NCBI GenBank assembly: GCA_033763315.1
Contig: JANRKS010000024.1
Location: 64,001-128,000, forward strand
Direction of reading: 5' to 3'
From: Deltaproteobacteria bacterium
Lineage (GTDB): Bacteria > Myxococcota_A > Polyangia > Fen-1088
Length of the DNA stretch: 64,000 nt
Within the stretch, counting starts at the first letter, position 1; each line of letters begins with the position of its first letter. The position numbers and the translations under genes are program-made. Of the stretch, positions 45,977 to 57,033 are shown piece by piece. The notes under the pieces were generated by a model. The model searched no databases and was not told where the DNA came from. It saw nothing but the letters and a program-made list of their open reading frames with translations.

Positions 45977-48900
45977 ATGCAGGCTTTCATCTCAAAACAC
46001 CGTCACGCGCAAGCACGACGTGGCGGTCATTTCGGGCACCATCGGTGGGTTTCACTAGGCACGTCGATCGCCTTTGCGTGCGTGGGCCTGATTTGCTCAC
46101 TCAGCGTGGCCAGCGCCCAGACAAAAGTTACGGCGCCCTTGCTCGCGCCGTTCGAGAACAAGACCTATCTTCCCGCCACCAGCGTCAGCAGCTTGGCGCA
46201 GACAGCGGACGGGTTGCTTTGGGTGGGTACGCCCGATGGGCTGCTTCGTTACGATGGACATGCCTTTGAGCGCACGCGCACATCAGGCAGCGAAGAGCGC
46301 GCGCCGATCAGGCGCCTTTGGGTAGGTGACGATCGGTCGCTGTTTGTGATCCCTGGCGCAGGGGATGTGGCGGTGTGGCCAACCGATGGCTTGAACTACG
46401 AGCTATCAAACGTCGTACCTGCCGCGCGGTCGGCAAGCGTCGTGGTGAAGCTTGGCAACCACGGACATCAGCGCGACGAATGGTTCGTGGCAACGCCACG
46501 CGTGTTGGCCATCAGCAGCCAGCCGCACGGCCCCTTGTGGTTGGGCACCGACGCGGGTGTGTGGCGAGTGGATGGCGACGGCCAGGCAACCAGCCGCTTC
46601 GGCACGCAGCAGGGGCTGGCCTCAAGCTTTGTGGCCGCGTTGGCACTCGACGCGCAATCCGCGCTATGGGTGGGCAGCGAAGGCGGGCTGCAAAGCATCG
46701 TGGGCGATCGGGTGCAGCCACCGTTGCTGACAATGCCCATCGTTGGTCTAAGTGCGAACGCACACGGTGACGTTCTTGTACGCGCGCAACGTGAAATGTT
46801 TTGGCTCCACAACGGTGTGATCACAGCGAAGGGACCGGCCGGATCACACCCAGCGCTGGCATGGGCGCGCGCGGGTGGCTTCTGGGTTGTGGGCTCGGAA
46901 CAGGTGGATCGAATCACCAACGTGTCAGGCCAATTGATCGTCGCTGAGACTGTGGACGTGCCCGCCGCCACGGCGGTGATTGAAGATCGCGAAGGCAACG
47001 TGTGGATCGGGACGCGCGCCTCGGGATTGGTGCAACGGCGCCCGCGCCGCGTGTGGAACATTGGGGCTCCTAACGGCTTGGGTGGCTCAGCAGCGTTCGC
47101 CGTTTTGCCCGATCGCGACGGCACGCAGTGGGTGACCACAACGGCTGGTTTGAACCACGTGTTCGCGGATCACATCGACCTGTATCCCAATGGCGTCGGG
47201 CCGCACCAGATCCCTGGCTGGGGGCTGCGCGGCTTGGCAAGATCACAAACCGGCGAGCTCTTTGTGTGGTCCATGTCGCATGGTCTGATTGTCATGCGAA
47301 ACGAAACCTTCACGCGCGCCGCGCAGCAAGACGCACGCTTGGGCCAAGGGTTGGGCGCCGTATACGTCGATCCCAAGAACAATTTGTGGATCTCCACGAG
47401 CGCAGGCGATCTTTTGCGTTACCCAAACGCCGAGTTGCAGACACCGGAAGTTTTCTCCGCCGGTTCAAAAGCGTGCGTGCAACGTGCCGCAAGCTTCGCC
47501 TTCGCCAACGACGGATTGTGGTTCGGCACCAGAGGTTATGGCCTTGGCCGCATAGAGGGACATCAAGTCACCTGTCACGACGCTCACGGCGAAAACGGGT
47601 CGCCCTTCGCAAACATCGCCAGTCTTTTGGTGCTTGATGATGGTTCGCTGTGGATGGGTGGGCAACCCAACGGCGGTCTGGTGCGCTTTAAGCACGGCCA
47701 CTTCTCGCACATCGACCTCGAATCAGGCACGGACACGGTCGGAGCGATCGTGCGAGAGGGGGACAGCGTGTGGATTACAACGTCCGACCATGGGGTGCTC
47801 CGCACATCCTCGCGAGCCCTAAATGAGGCCGCTGAGTCAGAACAACACAGGCTGCTCGAAGTCCAGCACTGGTCAAGCAATGAAGGAATGGACAACCACG
47901 TGTGCACGACGTGGTCGCAACCGGCCGGCGCACTAGATGCCAAGAGCCAGTTCTGGGTGCCCACGCAGCTGGGCGTGAGTGTGCTGCAAGCGTCGCGTGC
48001 GCCAAGGCAGGCGCTGCCCGCGCTCCGCATCGAGCGCGTGTGGGTCAACGGTCGGCCGTTCAATGAACTTGATCGCATCGGTCCCGGCCCTCTTGATTTG
48101 CGCATTCACCTTTTGATGCCCACCTTGATGATGTCAGAGCCCGTCAGGTTCTCCCATCGTTTGCACGGCCGCGACAAAATCTTGCACGCAGGGATGGACC
48201 GGGACTTGGCATGGGATCAGCTTCTGCCTGGATCCTATGTGCTCACGGTGAAAGCGTCCGTCGGCGAACGCAAAACTTCGCTGAGCCAATCGTTCGTTGT
48301 ACTGGCGCCGCTGTGGCGTCGCCCGTGGTTCATTGCGTTGGTGATCGTCGCACTGATCTGCGTCGTGCTTGCGGTGATGCGGTTGCACGATCAACAACTC
48401 AAGCAACGATTCGCGGCCGTTCAGCAAGAGCGCTTAAACCTTGCGCGCGATCTGCACGACGGCTTGGCACAGGGTTTCGCCTCCTTGGGAATGCTGATCG
48501 ATTCATTGGCGATGCGCAGTGCAGACGCTCCGGAGGCGACGAAAACGTTGCTGCAACGAACAAGGCACGTGCTCGACGCGTTCGCCGCAGACGCCCGCCG
48601 CACGATCTGGGAGTTGCGCTCGCCACACCATCACAGCCTCACCTTGGCCGAGGCCATCAACAAAGCCGTGGACACAGCCCGCCTTTCTGCAGACGTGCGC
48701 GTGGCAGTCCTCGGCACGCCCGCATTGACCGCCAGCGCCCTGCGCGAAGTGCCGCTCGTTGTCCGTGAGGCTGTAACCAACGCCGTCCGACACGGCCACG
48801 CCAACGTCATTGACGTCGAAGTTCACGCCACAGAAGCAGGCGTTGAGGTGAAAGTGGAGGACAACGGACGCGGCCTGCGGCCAACAACAGCCGATCGCCC

Positions 48901-49027
48901 ACACTTTGGCCTAACCGGTATGCAAGAGCGTGCCGCCAAACTTGGCGGCCATGTCACCATAGGTGATGGCGCAGCAGGCGGCGTCACCGTCACCCTTATC
49001 CTTCCACAAAAAGCAACCAAACCATGA
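45977..49027 (+). CDS. Ligand-binding sensor histidine kinase (beta-propeller + Y_Y_Y-like + HisKA_3)
   Basis: Repeats D-x-x-G-x-LW-x-GT; TM WFIALVIV; ERLNLARDLHD; EAVTNAVRH; GLTGMQER. Start trimmed from 45788, exact position uncertain. Confidence 0.9.
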   Translation: MQAFISKHRHAQARRGGHFGHHRWVSLGTSIAFACVGLICSLSVASAQTKVTAPLLAPFENKTYLPATSVSSLAQTADGLLWVGTPDGLLRYDGHAFERTRTSGSEERAPIRRLWVGDDRSLFVIPGAGDVAVWPTDGLNYELSNVVPAARSASVVVKLGNHGHQRDEWFVATPRVLAISSQPHGPLWLGTDAGVWRVDGDGQATSRFGTQQGLASSFVAALALDAQSALWVGSEGGLQSIVGDRVQPPLLTMPIVGLSANAHGDVLVRAQREMFWLHNGVITAKGPAGSHPALAWARAGGFWVVGSEQVDRITNVSGQLIVAETVDVPAATAVIEDREGNVWIGTRASGLVQRRPRRVWNIGAPNGLGGSAAFAVLPDRDGTQWVTTTAGLNHVFADHIDLYPNGVGPHQIPGWGLRGLARSQTGELFVWSMSHGLIVMRNETFTRAAQQDARLGQGLGAVYVDPKNNLWISTSAGDLLRYPNAELQTPEVFSAGSKACVQRAASFAFANDGLWFGTRGYGLGRIEGHQVTCHDAHGENGSPFANIASLLVLDDGSLWMGGQPNGGLVRFKHGHFSHIDLESGTDTVGAIVREGDSVWITTSDHGVLRTSSRALNEAAESEQHRLLEVQHWSSNEGMDNHVCTTWSQPAGALDAKSQFWVPTQLGVSVLQASRAPRQALPALRIERVWVNGRPFNELDRIGPGPLDLRIHLLMPTLMMSEPVRFSHRLHGRDKILHAGMDRDLAWDQLLPGSYVLTVKASVGERKTSLSQSFVVLAPLWRRPWFIALVIVALICVVLAVMRLHDQQLKQRFAAVQQERLNLARDLHDGLAQGFASLGMLIDSLAMRSADAPEATKTLLQRTRHVLDAFAADARRTIWELRSPHHHSLTLAEAINKAVDTARLSADVRVAVLGTPALTASALREVPLVVREAVTNAVRHGHANVIDVEVHATEAGVEVKVEDNGRGLRPTTADRPHFGLTGMQERAAKLGGHVTIGDGAAGGVTVTLILPQKATKP

Positions 49028-49653
49028 CTCGTGAAGTAAAGCTGCGCGTTCTCGTCGTGGACGACAACCAACTCACCCGGCTGGGCATCCGTGGTTTGTT
49101 GGAAACGCAAGACGGCATCGAAATCGTTGGCGAAGCCGAGGACGGCAGCCAAGCGCTGGCGCTTTATCGCCAAACGCAACCGGACGCTGTTATATGCGAC
49201 CTGCGTATGCCTCACTTTGATGGCGTGCGTACCATTGAGCTTTTGCGCAAGGAGCCTTTAGCGGCGCGCGTTTTGGTGTTGACAAACTTCGATGGTGAAA
49301 ACGATGTGTTTGCGGCGGTTCAGGCAGGAGCGCTTGGCTTTTTGACCAAAGAAGCGCGGGGCACGGAGATCTTGGCCGCGCTTCACGCTGTGGCCGCGGG
49401 GCAAAAGGTGATCCCGCCCGTTTTGGCAGACCGTTTGGCCAACCGCCAGCAGCGACCCTCGCTCACGGTGCGGGAGCGCGATGTGCTTACCTTCATTTTT
49501 CGCGGTCATTCGAACCGCGAAATTGCCTTGGCGATGAAGCTCGCCGACAAGACAATCGAAATGTACGTGAGCAGTTTGCTCGCAAAGCTTGAGGCGAAGA
49601 GCCGCACCGAAGCGGTGTCGATCGCGTTGGCGCGGGGTTTGATCTCTAAATAG
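49024..49653 (+). CDS. NarL/LuxR family response regulator
   Basis: LVVDD, DLRMP, LTVRERDVL...SNREIA HTH; ATGA overlap with the kinase. Confidence 0.93.
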   Translation: MTREVKLRVLVVDDNQLTRLGIRGLLETQDGIEIVGEAEDGSQALALYRQTQPDAVICDLRMPHFDGVRTIELLRKEPLAARVLVLTNFDGENDVFAAVQAGALGFLTKEARGTEILAALHAVAAGQKVIPPVLADRLANRQQRPSLTVRERDVLTFIFRGHSNREIALAMKLADKTIEMYVSSLLAKLEAKSRTEAVSIALARGLISK

Positions 49654-50932
49654 CGGCCGCCGCGCGAAACAACTCAAGATGCTCCCAGAACGTCGGGTAC
49701 GTCTTTGAGACACACGCAGGATCGGCAATGGTCACGCCGGGAGCAATCGTGCCCAAGATGGCAAAGCTCATCGCCATGCGGTGATCGCTGTAACACTGAA
49801 CCTCTGCCGGGCGCAGGGGACGCGGATCTATCCGCAACCAATCGTCACCCACCTGCACATCCTGACCCAGGCGTCTCAGTTCGGTGACCGTCGCCAACAG
49901 ACGATCGGTTTCTTTGATACGAATGTTGGCCACGTTGCGAATGGTGGTGGGTCCTTTCGCCAACGGCGCAATCGCAGCCAAAGTCATCACCGTGTCTGAG
50001 ATGTGGTGCATATCGACGTCGATGCCATTGAGCGTTCCGCTGCCCACAACGCGTGTGAATTCGCTTTTGCGTTCAACGTGGGCGCCCATTTGCGCGAGCA
50101 CGTCCACAAAGGTGTAGTCACCCTGCAACGATCCGGGGCCGAGCGCGGGCACGGTGATGTCGTGCCCGCCAGCGGCAGCCAACGCAAACGGATAGCTGGC
50201 CGCCGAAGCGTCGGGCTCGATGACGTAAGGAACCGCTTTGTACGCGGCCGGATGCACAACGAACGCGTTGGCTTCTGATTCGATGCGCGCACCAAAATCG
50301 TGCAGCATCTTGATTGTCATCTCGACGTACGGGCGGCTTACCAAGCTGCCTTCGATCTCCACGCGCGTGACATGCCCGGTAAAACCGGCCATGAGCAACA
50401 GTGCCGTGAAGTACTGGCTCGATTTGTCGCCACGCATGCGAACCAACGAGCCCAAAGGCTGGCCGCCGAAGATCGTCAGCGGCGGGCAGCCGGTGGCACA
50501 ATCCACGCGCACGCCCAGCTGACGCAAGCCATCCACCAGATCAGCGATCGGCCGCTTGGCCATGTGCTCATCGCCCTGAAGTACGGTTGCGCCAGGGACC
50601 AACGCACACAGCGCCGCCAAGAAGCGAACGGTTGTGCCGCTGTTGCCTACGAACACTGGGCCCGCGGGTGCGCGCAGACGCGACAAGCCTCCGTGAATGA
50701 CGACCTGCCCTGCGACGGCGCCATCACGCACGTCCACACCCATCGCCTCCAGGCCGATGCGCATGTACCGCGTGTCGTCGCTCTCAAGCACACCGCTAAG
50801 GCGCGTCTCGCCTTGTGCCAGCGCGGCCAAGATGAAGGCGCGGTTCGTGATGCTCTTGGAGCCCGGCACCGGCCACGCAAAGACGTGAGGCCTTTGGACC
50901 GGCGGAATCAACAACGGTGAAGCAGCCACCAA
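49646..50932 (-). CDS. aroA: 3-phosphoshikimate 1-carboxyvinyltransferase
   Basis: PGSKSITNR, GNSGTTVRF, SSQYFTA, RIKETDR, DHRMAM, KTYP. Confidence 0.96.
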   Translation of the reverse strand: MVAASPLLIPPVQRPHVFAWPVPGSKSITNRAFILAALAQGETRLSGVLESDDTRYMRIGLEAMGVDVRDGAVAGQVVIHGGLSRLRAPAGPVFVGNSGTTVRFLAALCALVPGATVLQGDEHMAKRPIADLVDGLRQLGVRVDCATGCPPLTIFGGQPLGSLVRMRGDKSSQYFTALLLMAGFTGHVTRVEIEGSLVSRPYVEMTIKMLHDFGARIESEANAFVVHPAAYKAVPYVIEPDASAASYPFALAAAGGHDITVPALGPGSLQGDYTFVDVLAQMGAHVERKSEFTRVVGSGTLNGIDVDMHHISDTVMTLAAIAPLAKGPTTIRNVANIRIKETDRLLATVTELRRLGQDVQVGDDWLRIDPRPLRPAEVQCYSDHRMAMSFAILGTIAPGVTIADPACVSKTYPTFWEHLELFRAAAAI

Positions 50933-50943
50933 ACGCCCACGGG

Positions 50944-51687
50944 TTACATACGCCGCATGCGCATACGCTTGCCGCCCACTTTATCAGGCGGCGGCATGAA
51001 CTTGGGCTGACCCTGCGTCGCCATGGCTGGCGTCTCGATGTGGAACGAATACCATTCCGCGCCGTAGGCGGTCATCTTGGGCTTTTTGCCCTTTTCGATC
51101 GAAACCAAGTGCGCCTTGAGACGAGCGTCCTCCGGCAAGGCAGCCACACCTTGGTTCAACACGTCGATGGCTTTTGCCTTCTCGCCACGCTTGAGCTGGC
51201 AAAAAGCGTAGGCAGCCCAAAGCAAGCCCTGCTTCTTGTTCTTCTTCAAGGCCGCATCGAAGACCTTCTCCATCTGGTCGTACTGATGCTTTTTAAAGTG
51301 GACCGCGGCCAACATGCCGCGCGCCATCCACAATTTTCCAGGCGCCTTCTCAAGGTAAGGCTTCGCGCCATCAAAGTCCCGCTGCGCCGCAAACTTTAAC
51401 ACGCCGATTTGTCCGTCCATCGAAGCTTTCAGGCGTGGGAACCACAGCCCCAGCGGACGCATCGATTCGAACACGGCGATCGCTTTATCAAACCGCTGAG
51501 CCCCGATATGGGCTTCAGCTTCTTTGTTCTTCGCTTCGAGCCGCTTCATCACTTTGCGGCCAATCACGATGAGCGGCGTAATCAGCCCAGCCAGGCCCAA
51601 GAACACGCCCGACCATGGATCGAAGAATTTAAAACCCAGCGCGAAGGCGCCGGCGCCGATCAAAATCGCAATGACAAACGTCAACAT
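50944..51687 (-). CDS. Membrane-anchored TPR protein
   Basis: Two N-terminal TM helices followed by TPR-like helices. Confidence 0.75.
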   Translation of the reverse strand: MLTFVIAILIGAGAFALGFKFFDPWSGVFLGLAGLITPLIVIGRKVMKRLEAKNKEAEAHIGAQRFDKAIAVFESMRPLGLWFPRLKASMDGQIGVLKFAAQRDFDGAKPYLEKAPGKLWMARGMLAAVHFKKHQYDQMEKVFDAALKKNKKQGLLWAAYAFCQLKRGEKAKAIDVLNQGVAALPEDARLKAHLVSIEKGKKPKMTAYGAEWYSFHIETPAMATQGQPKFMPPPDKVGGKRMRMRRM

Positions 51688-51845
51688 GAGCCGTGCCTCG
51701 TGTGTAGCACGAACCCATCACCCATACCCGAAGTTCCACGCCCACCTCTGCCTCCCGCAGGCCGTGCCGAGACTGCAGAAGAGCCAACTCAGCTAGAGCC
51801 GGCGGCCGGGGCCATTTGACGCCCCGGCGCGCACGGCGCCGCGCC

Positions 51846-52061
51846 TTAGTTGGTGTGCTCGACTCGACGTACGCTCTTTGCGGAAGGACCGCGAGGAGCG
51901 TCATGGAGCTCAAGTTCAACTTCCTGACCGCCCTTAAGCGACTTGAAGCCGTCCGAGAGGATCTCCGAGTAGTGAACGAAGATGTCAGGCTGTCCACCCA
52001 CCTCAATAAACCCGTAACCCTTAACGTTGCTGAACCACTTAACCTTGCCAACAGTCTTCAT
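51846..52061 (-). CDS. Cold-shock protein
   Basis: GKVKWF, KGYGFI, DIFVHYS; GGAGG SD. Confidence 0.95.
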   Translation of the reverse strand: MKTVGKVKWFSNVKGYGFIEVGGQPDIFVHYSEILSDGFKSLKGGQEVELELHDAPRGPSAKSVRRVEHTN

Positions 52062-52273
52062 TTTGTGAATCCTCCTGATGATTCGCAGCCTTTCTTAAGC
52101 AGGAACCAGGCCAGACGCGGATTCATTTCAATTTCGTATAATTTCAGGCATTTAACTTGCCAGGTTGCCATCCCATCCCAGGCATTTACACAATTAGTCC
52201 GGTGACACCGGGTTACAGTTAGGCTTGAAAGGCTGACTGTGAAGCACGGGGTGTGCCGGGCCGGCACACTGTT

Positions 52274-54610
52274 TTATCGTCCGCGCCCTGTTTCTGCGCT
52301 GTTCTCGGCCTTCAGACGCCGCGGCAAATGCAGATCAATCGGAGGCCCGCGGTACACGGGCCTGCCGTTCCACGTCACGGTAACGTTGCCGGCCATTTGC
52401 AGGCCTTCGGCCCCCAGCCTCACGTCCAGTCCTTTGGTTCCGTGGCTTTTGATGCGGACCGTGTTGCCCACAATGACGCACTCGAAGTTGGCCAACGGCG
52501 CCCCCGGGGCGGCCTTGTCGACCGATACGCCCCACACCCCACGGTGCTCCGGCGTGTCCGCAACGAACGTGAACCGGCTGGGCCGCTTGCGCACGTGTTT
52601 GGCCAACCACTCGACGCCCTCCTTCTGCTTGGCCATCAGGTACACATGCCCCAGCTGTGGGGTGCTGGAAAACGTCAAGGGCACGCCCTGACTCTTGAGC
52701 TCGATGTTGAAGGCGTCGAATTTGGGCGCGGCGAAGAAGTCCTCCGTGCCCGCCCAATGCCACACAGGAACATAAGAGAGGTTGCGTGCCAGGCTAATGG
52801 GTTCACTCGTGTCGGGACTCGCGCCAAACACGGCCAAAGCGGCCCACCGATCGGGGGTGCGGCTGCCCAACAACCAGGTACCCACGCCGCCCATTGAAAA
52901 CCCGTACAGATAATGCCGATCCGGATCCGTCTTGAACACCATCCCAAAATCGGCGAGCGCTTCCCACACGTCCGTCTCACCAATGTCGCGGTAGCCGCTG
53001 TTGCCCCGGCCAAACGGCTGCAAATGATATCCGGAGCGATCAACCGAGGCGTAGTTCTTGGGTGATTCGTACCCGAGCAAATCCATCGCTTTCGCGGCGC
53101 CGGAAAGACCGGATGCCACCCACGCCATGGGGTGCGGGTTCCCGGCACCGTGCAACTCGACGAACAAGGGAAACAATGCCTGATCTTCGCGGCGTTTGTT
53201 CGCGTCAAATCCTTTGGGCAAGGTGACGTAGTAGCTTTGCAAAGAGGCATCACGCGGGGAGCTGAACGCGAAGATGAGGCTGCGCCGCCCATCCAGGTAG
53301 GCCGACCACAGCCCGGCGTCGGCGTTGAAACCTTCCAGGGTCGAGCGAACCTGTTCAACCGTTTCAAGCACCAACGCGGTGTTGTTGCGGTAGGTTTCCA
53401 TGCGGCCACGTTCGGCCTCCGTGAGGGCGCGAACTGAGCGGACGTGCCGTTCGAACAACGGGTGCACGGGTGCGGCCAAAAGTTCGTCAAGGCGCCTCCA
53501 CAGCGCACGAAAGACGCCGTCCGCAAGCAACGGGCTGTGCCGAATCACAAGCGGTGGCAGCCCTGCGCCAATGACATCAACCTCGAACGCGGGTTGGGTG
53601 GCGTCGCGCGCCGGCAGATACGTGACAATGAAGCGGCGAAGCCCGGCGTCCGCCGCCACGGGCGCGACGTTGTGAACCAATTGTACCCCCTCGCCACTGA
53701 CGCGGACTTGCGCGGGCTTGGGGCTGGCCACCGCCACAGCCACGCGCGCAGCCTCGCCATCCCAAAGGCTCCCGTTGAGCACCGTTGCGGCTGCAAACGG
53801 CGCTGCCGGCATAGCAAAGGCAAGCGGCATAAAGCGACCAGCGCGCAAATCGCTGGCGCCGTCGCCGAACCGCAGATAACCGTCTTTTTCACCCGGGTTG
53901 ACGTCCTTGACCTGGACCGCCAGGCGGAAGTTGGGCACGGCGCCCGGCATGACCTCAAGCGAAGCCCACGGCAGCCTCAAATCATAGATTGTTTCGTGGG
54001 TCGCTTCCGCGCGCCTGACGCGGGCCTGTGAAGCATCGAGGCGCCCCTTGAGGGCGGGCGAGGCTGCGCCCAGGACCAGGGTCAAAGGGCCATCGGGGGT
54101 CATAGCCAACCCAAACGTCGCGTCGTCAGGACCAAAGGGACCGCGTGTGTCGATATCGGAGGCGCCCGCGCCGTCCCCGCGGCCGTCGACGGCCACGCGC
54201 ATGAAGTCACCCTGCCATAGAAGGTCGCCGGGGCGCCCCACATGGATCACGTCCTGCACAACCACGTGCACATGGAGGGCGCGAAGGGACACGGCAACCC
54301 AGCCCTTGGCTTTGGCCTTCACGTCGGGGGCCGAAAGCTCGAACGTCGGCGTGGCCGGCAACCAGCTTTCGTCCCCTGGACCGGCGTCTGCGGTCCAGCC
54401 GATCTGCAGCGCTCCCGGGCTAACCGAAGCCCCCGCCTCAATGCGTGCCACGGGCTTCAAAGACGTCGCATGGGCCCTGGCGGCTAAACCGAGAGCCACG
54501 GCGACGGCAACGACAAACAGGCGCGGCCTGATGGGATGCTGGCCTATGACACCCCGCGCGCGCCGGTGAGAAACGCGCGCAAAGAGGGAACGAAGAGGCG
54601 TGAGGTTCAT
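52274..54610 (-). CDS. Secreted alpha/beta-hydrolase (esterase/depolymerase-like) with N-terminal sugar-binding-like domain
   Basis: Signal peptide ending AHA; CBM9-like VQD...LWQGD...YDLRLPW; VELHGAG; GFSMGG nucleophile elbow; GH. Confidence 0.72.
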   Translation of the reverse strand: MNLTPLRSLFARVSHRRARGVIGQHPIRPRLFVVAVAVALGLAARAHATSLKPVARIEAGASVSPGALQIGWTADAGPGDESWLPATPTFELSAPDVKAKAKGWVAVSLRALHVHVVVQDVIHVGRPGDLLWQGDFMRVAVDGRGDGAGASDIDTRGPFGPDDATFGLAMTPDGPLTLVLGAASPALKGRLDASQARVRRAEATHETIYDLRLPWASLEVMPGAVPNFRLAVQVKDVNPGEKDGYLRFGDGASDLRAGRFMPLAFAMPAAPFAAATVLNGSLWDGEAARVAVAVASPKPAQVRVSGEGVQLVHNVAPVAADAGLRRFIVTYLPARDATQPAFEVDVIGAGLPPLVIRHSPLLADGVFRALWRRLDELLAAPVHPLFERHVRSVRALTEAERGRMETYRNNTALVLETVEQVRSTLEGFNADAGLWSAYLDGRRSLIFAFSSPRDASLQSYYVTLPKGFDANKRREDQALFPLFVELHGAGNPHPMAWVASGLSGAAKAMDLLGYESPKNYASVDRSGYHLQPFGRGNSGYRDIGETDVWEALADFGMVFKTDPDRHYLYGFSMGGVGTWLLGSRTPDRWAALAVFGASPDTSEPISLARNLSYVPVWHWAGTEDFFAAPKFDAFNIELKSQGVPLTFSSTPQLGHVYLMAKQKEGVEWLAKHVRKRPSRFTFVADTPEHRGVWGVSVDKAAPGAPLANFECVIVGNTVRIKSHGTKGLDVRLGAEGLQMAGNVTVTWNGRPVYRGPPIDLHLPRRLKAENSAETGRGR

Positions 54611-54797
54611 GCGCCGAAGCAAACGTGAAAAGGCATCGAAAGGTCAACGCAAAAGGCAACCGGATCAGTGTTCTTCGGGAATGTCGCTGCCGCGTGCCGG
54701 CCAGGACGTCGCCCACGAGAGGAGCTCGATTGCTGCAGACGCACAATGATTTGCGCCTGTTCAAGCGGCATTTCTTTACCGCCGATAGCAGGACACA

Positions 54798-56999
54798 TTG
54801 GAAAGGACCCTGCCACCGACATCGCGGCCTTTGGGATCAGTCACCTCGGCAGAGATGGCGACCTTGCGGGCCGAGCAGGTCAAGCTCGTTTACAACAGCT
54901 TGCCCACCGGCTTGGGTGCCGCACTCCTTAACACCATAGTCATTGCGGCTTTGTCCATCGAGCACGCACCTGCTCTGGCGATCGAAGCTTGGGTGGGGTT
55001 GTCGCTGGCCGTGTTGGGGTACCGGCTTGTTGGTCTTTTGGGATACCGCCGGGCTTCGCGCGCCGCAGGCGCAGATGGTCCCACGACCGGACCCTGGTTG
55101 CGGCGATTTCTCTATGGGTCGTGGGCCGCGGGCGCGATCTGGGGCCTGGCCCCCATCCTGCTGTTTGCAACAGATAGCCCCCCTCACCAAATCTTTTTGG
55201 CCTTCGTCTTGTCGGGCGTGGCGGCTGGCTCGATCACCACCTTGAGCCCCCTGCGGCAGGCTTTGGTGCCATTCTCTTTGGCAATCACCGTACCGATGGC
55301 GCTGCGTTTCGCTCTGTCAGGCGCGCCGTTGGGAAACAGCGTGGCGTTGTTGGCAGTGGTGTTTTTGGCATTCTCCATCACAAGCGGGCTTAAGGCGCAC
55401 ACATCAATCGCAGAGAGCCTTACGTTGCGCATTCGCCTTGCCCAATCAGAACAGCTTCTTCAAGACACGGGCAGGTTGCTGCACGTGGGCGGATGGGCAT
55501 ACGATTTGCCAACACAGAAGCTGCGTTGGTCACGCGAGGTGTTCCGCATCCACGAACTGCCGGAGGATCAACAACCCGACGTCGACCACGCCCTGGTGTT
55601 CTACCCGCCCGAAGACCGCGAACGCGTGCGAGCGGCGATTGAGCTTTGTAGAACCCACGGTACGCCCTGGGACTTGCAGACTGAGTTCATAACGGCGAAA
55701 GGCAATAAACGATGGGTGCGTTCGCTTGGCCGTGCTGATTTCCGGCATGGCAAGGCCGTGCGCCTGTCGGGGTCATTTCAAGACGTGACGGCCAGCAAAC
55801 AAACAGAACAAGAGCTGATCGCCGCCAAAGAGATGGCGGAGGCCGCGACACGTGCCAAGAGCCAATTTCTGGCGACGATGAGCCATGAGATTCGCACGCC
55901 GATGAACGGCGTTTTGGGTCTTTCGAAACTGCTGATGACCAGTCCATTAAATGAGGAACAAAGACGTTTGGTCGATGGCATTCATGCCTCGGGCGAAACA
56001 CTGCTGACCGTCATCAACGACATTCTCGACTTTTCGCGCATCGAGGCAGGTCGCCTCGACATCTTGAAACAACCCTTCAACGTAAGTGACGCCGTTGCCA
56101 CGGTGGTGCAACTGATAAAGCCTACGGCCGATGCGCAGGCGCTCGAACTAAACGTGACGTTCAACACTTCCGGTAACGTTTGGTTTGTCGGTGACGCTAA
56201 CCGCATTCGACAGGTGCTGCTCAACTTGTTGAGCAATGCAGTGAAGTTTACAGAGAGGGGGCACGTGTCATTGACGGTGGACGTGCAACCCGACTCCAAC
56301 ACGATGAATCGCCTTCGGTTCACAGTGAACGATACAGGGCCTGGGATCTCTGAAAATCTGCAAGGAAAGCTGTTTAGGCCGTTTTCTCAAGTCGATGAGA
56401 GCCCGGCACGCCGCTTCGGCGGGAGCGGGCTGGGCTTGGCGATATCGCGCCAGCTGGTGGAGCTCATGGGAGGTTCTATCCAGCTTCATTCCGAAGTTGG
56501 CAAAGGCACAACGTTCACCGTTGAGTTGCCTTTAGAATCTGCACCCACAAGCACGGCGAAGGCTGCACCGACGCGTTCCGCTGCGAAGCTTTCGTGGCGA
56601 ACAAAACCCCGGTTGCTCGTGGTGGAGGACAATGAGGTGAACCAGATCGTTGTGCAACAGCTGCTGGAGCGGCTCGATTGCTCTGTGGTTGTTGCCGGCG
56701 GAGGACTCGAAGGGTGGAAGGCATGGCGAGAGGGCCAATTCGATCTCATCTTCATGGACTGCCAAATGCCTGGCATGGATGGATTCGAGCTGACGCGTGA
56801 GATCCGCGCCGCCGAAACCCGTGACCCTATCCCCATCGTTGCCCTCACAGCGAACGTGTTCCAAGAAGACAAGGACAATTGCCTGGCCGCCGGGATGACG
56901 GATCACATAGCGAAACCCGTATCACTCGCGAGCCTCGCGCGCGGCCTCGAACGGCATCTGCCTCACCTGCTGTCTGCTTCGGCCGTGGCTGGAGCCTAA
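54798..56999 (+). CDS. Hybrid sensor histidine kinase (multi-TM, PAS, HisKA, HATPase, REC)
   Basis: [42 protein letters not shown]. Start 54798 or 54855. Confidence 0.93.
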   Translation: MERTLPPTSRPLGSVTSAEMATLRAEQVKLVYNSLPTGLGAALLNTIVIAALSIEHAPALAIEAWVGLSLAVLGYRLVGLLGYRRASRAAGADGPTTGPWLRRFLYGSWAAGAIWGLAPILLFATDSPPHQIFLAFVLSGVAAGSITTLSPLRQALVPFSLAITVPMALRFALSGAPLGNSVALLAVVFLAFSITSGLKAHTSIAESLTLRIRLAQSEQLLQDTGRLLHVGGWAYDLPTQKLRWSREVFRIHELPEDQQPDVDHALVFYPPEDRERVRAAIELCRTHGTPWDLQTEFITAKGNKRWVRSLGRADFRHGKAVRLSGSFQDVTASKQTEQELIAAKEMAEAATRAKSQFLATMSHEIRTPMNGVLGLSKLLMTSPLNEEQRRLVDGIHASGETLLTVINDILDFSRIEAGRLDILKQPFNVSDAVATVVQLIKPTADAQALELNVTFNTSGNVWFVGDANRIRQVLLNLLSNAVKFTERGHVSLTVDVQPDSNTMNRLRFTVNDTGPGISENLQGKLFRPFSQVDESPARRFGGSGLGLAISRQLVELMGGSIQLHSEVGKGTTFTVELPLESAPTSTAKAAPTRSAAKLSWRTKPRLLVVEDNEVNQIVVQQLLERLDCSVVVAGGGLEGWKAWREGQFDLIFMDCQMPGMDGFELTREIRAAETRDPIPIVALTANVFQEDKDNCLAAGMTDHIAKPVSLASLARGLERHLPHLLSASAVAGA

Positions 57000-57033
57000 C
57001 GGTCTCCGCCACGGGCCGGAGCCAGACGCGCGA

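Noticed and set aside
51750-51775. Possible sigma54 promoter CGGCACG upstream of the 51687 gene
   Set aside because: GC is not at the required GG-N10-GC spacing.
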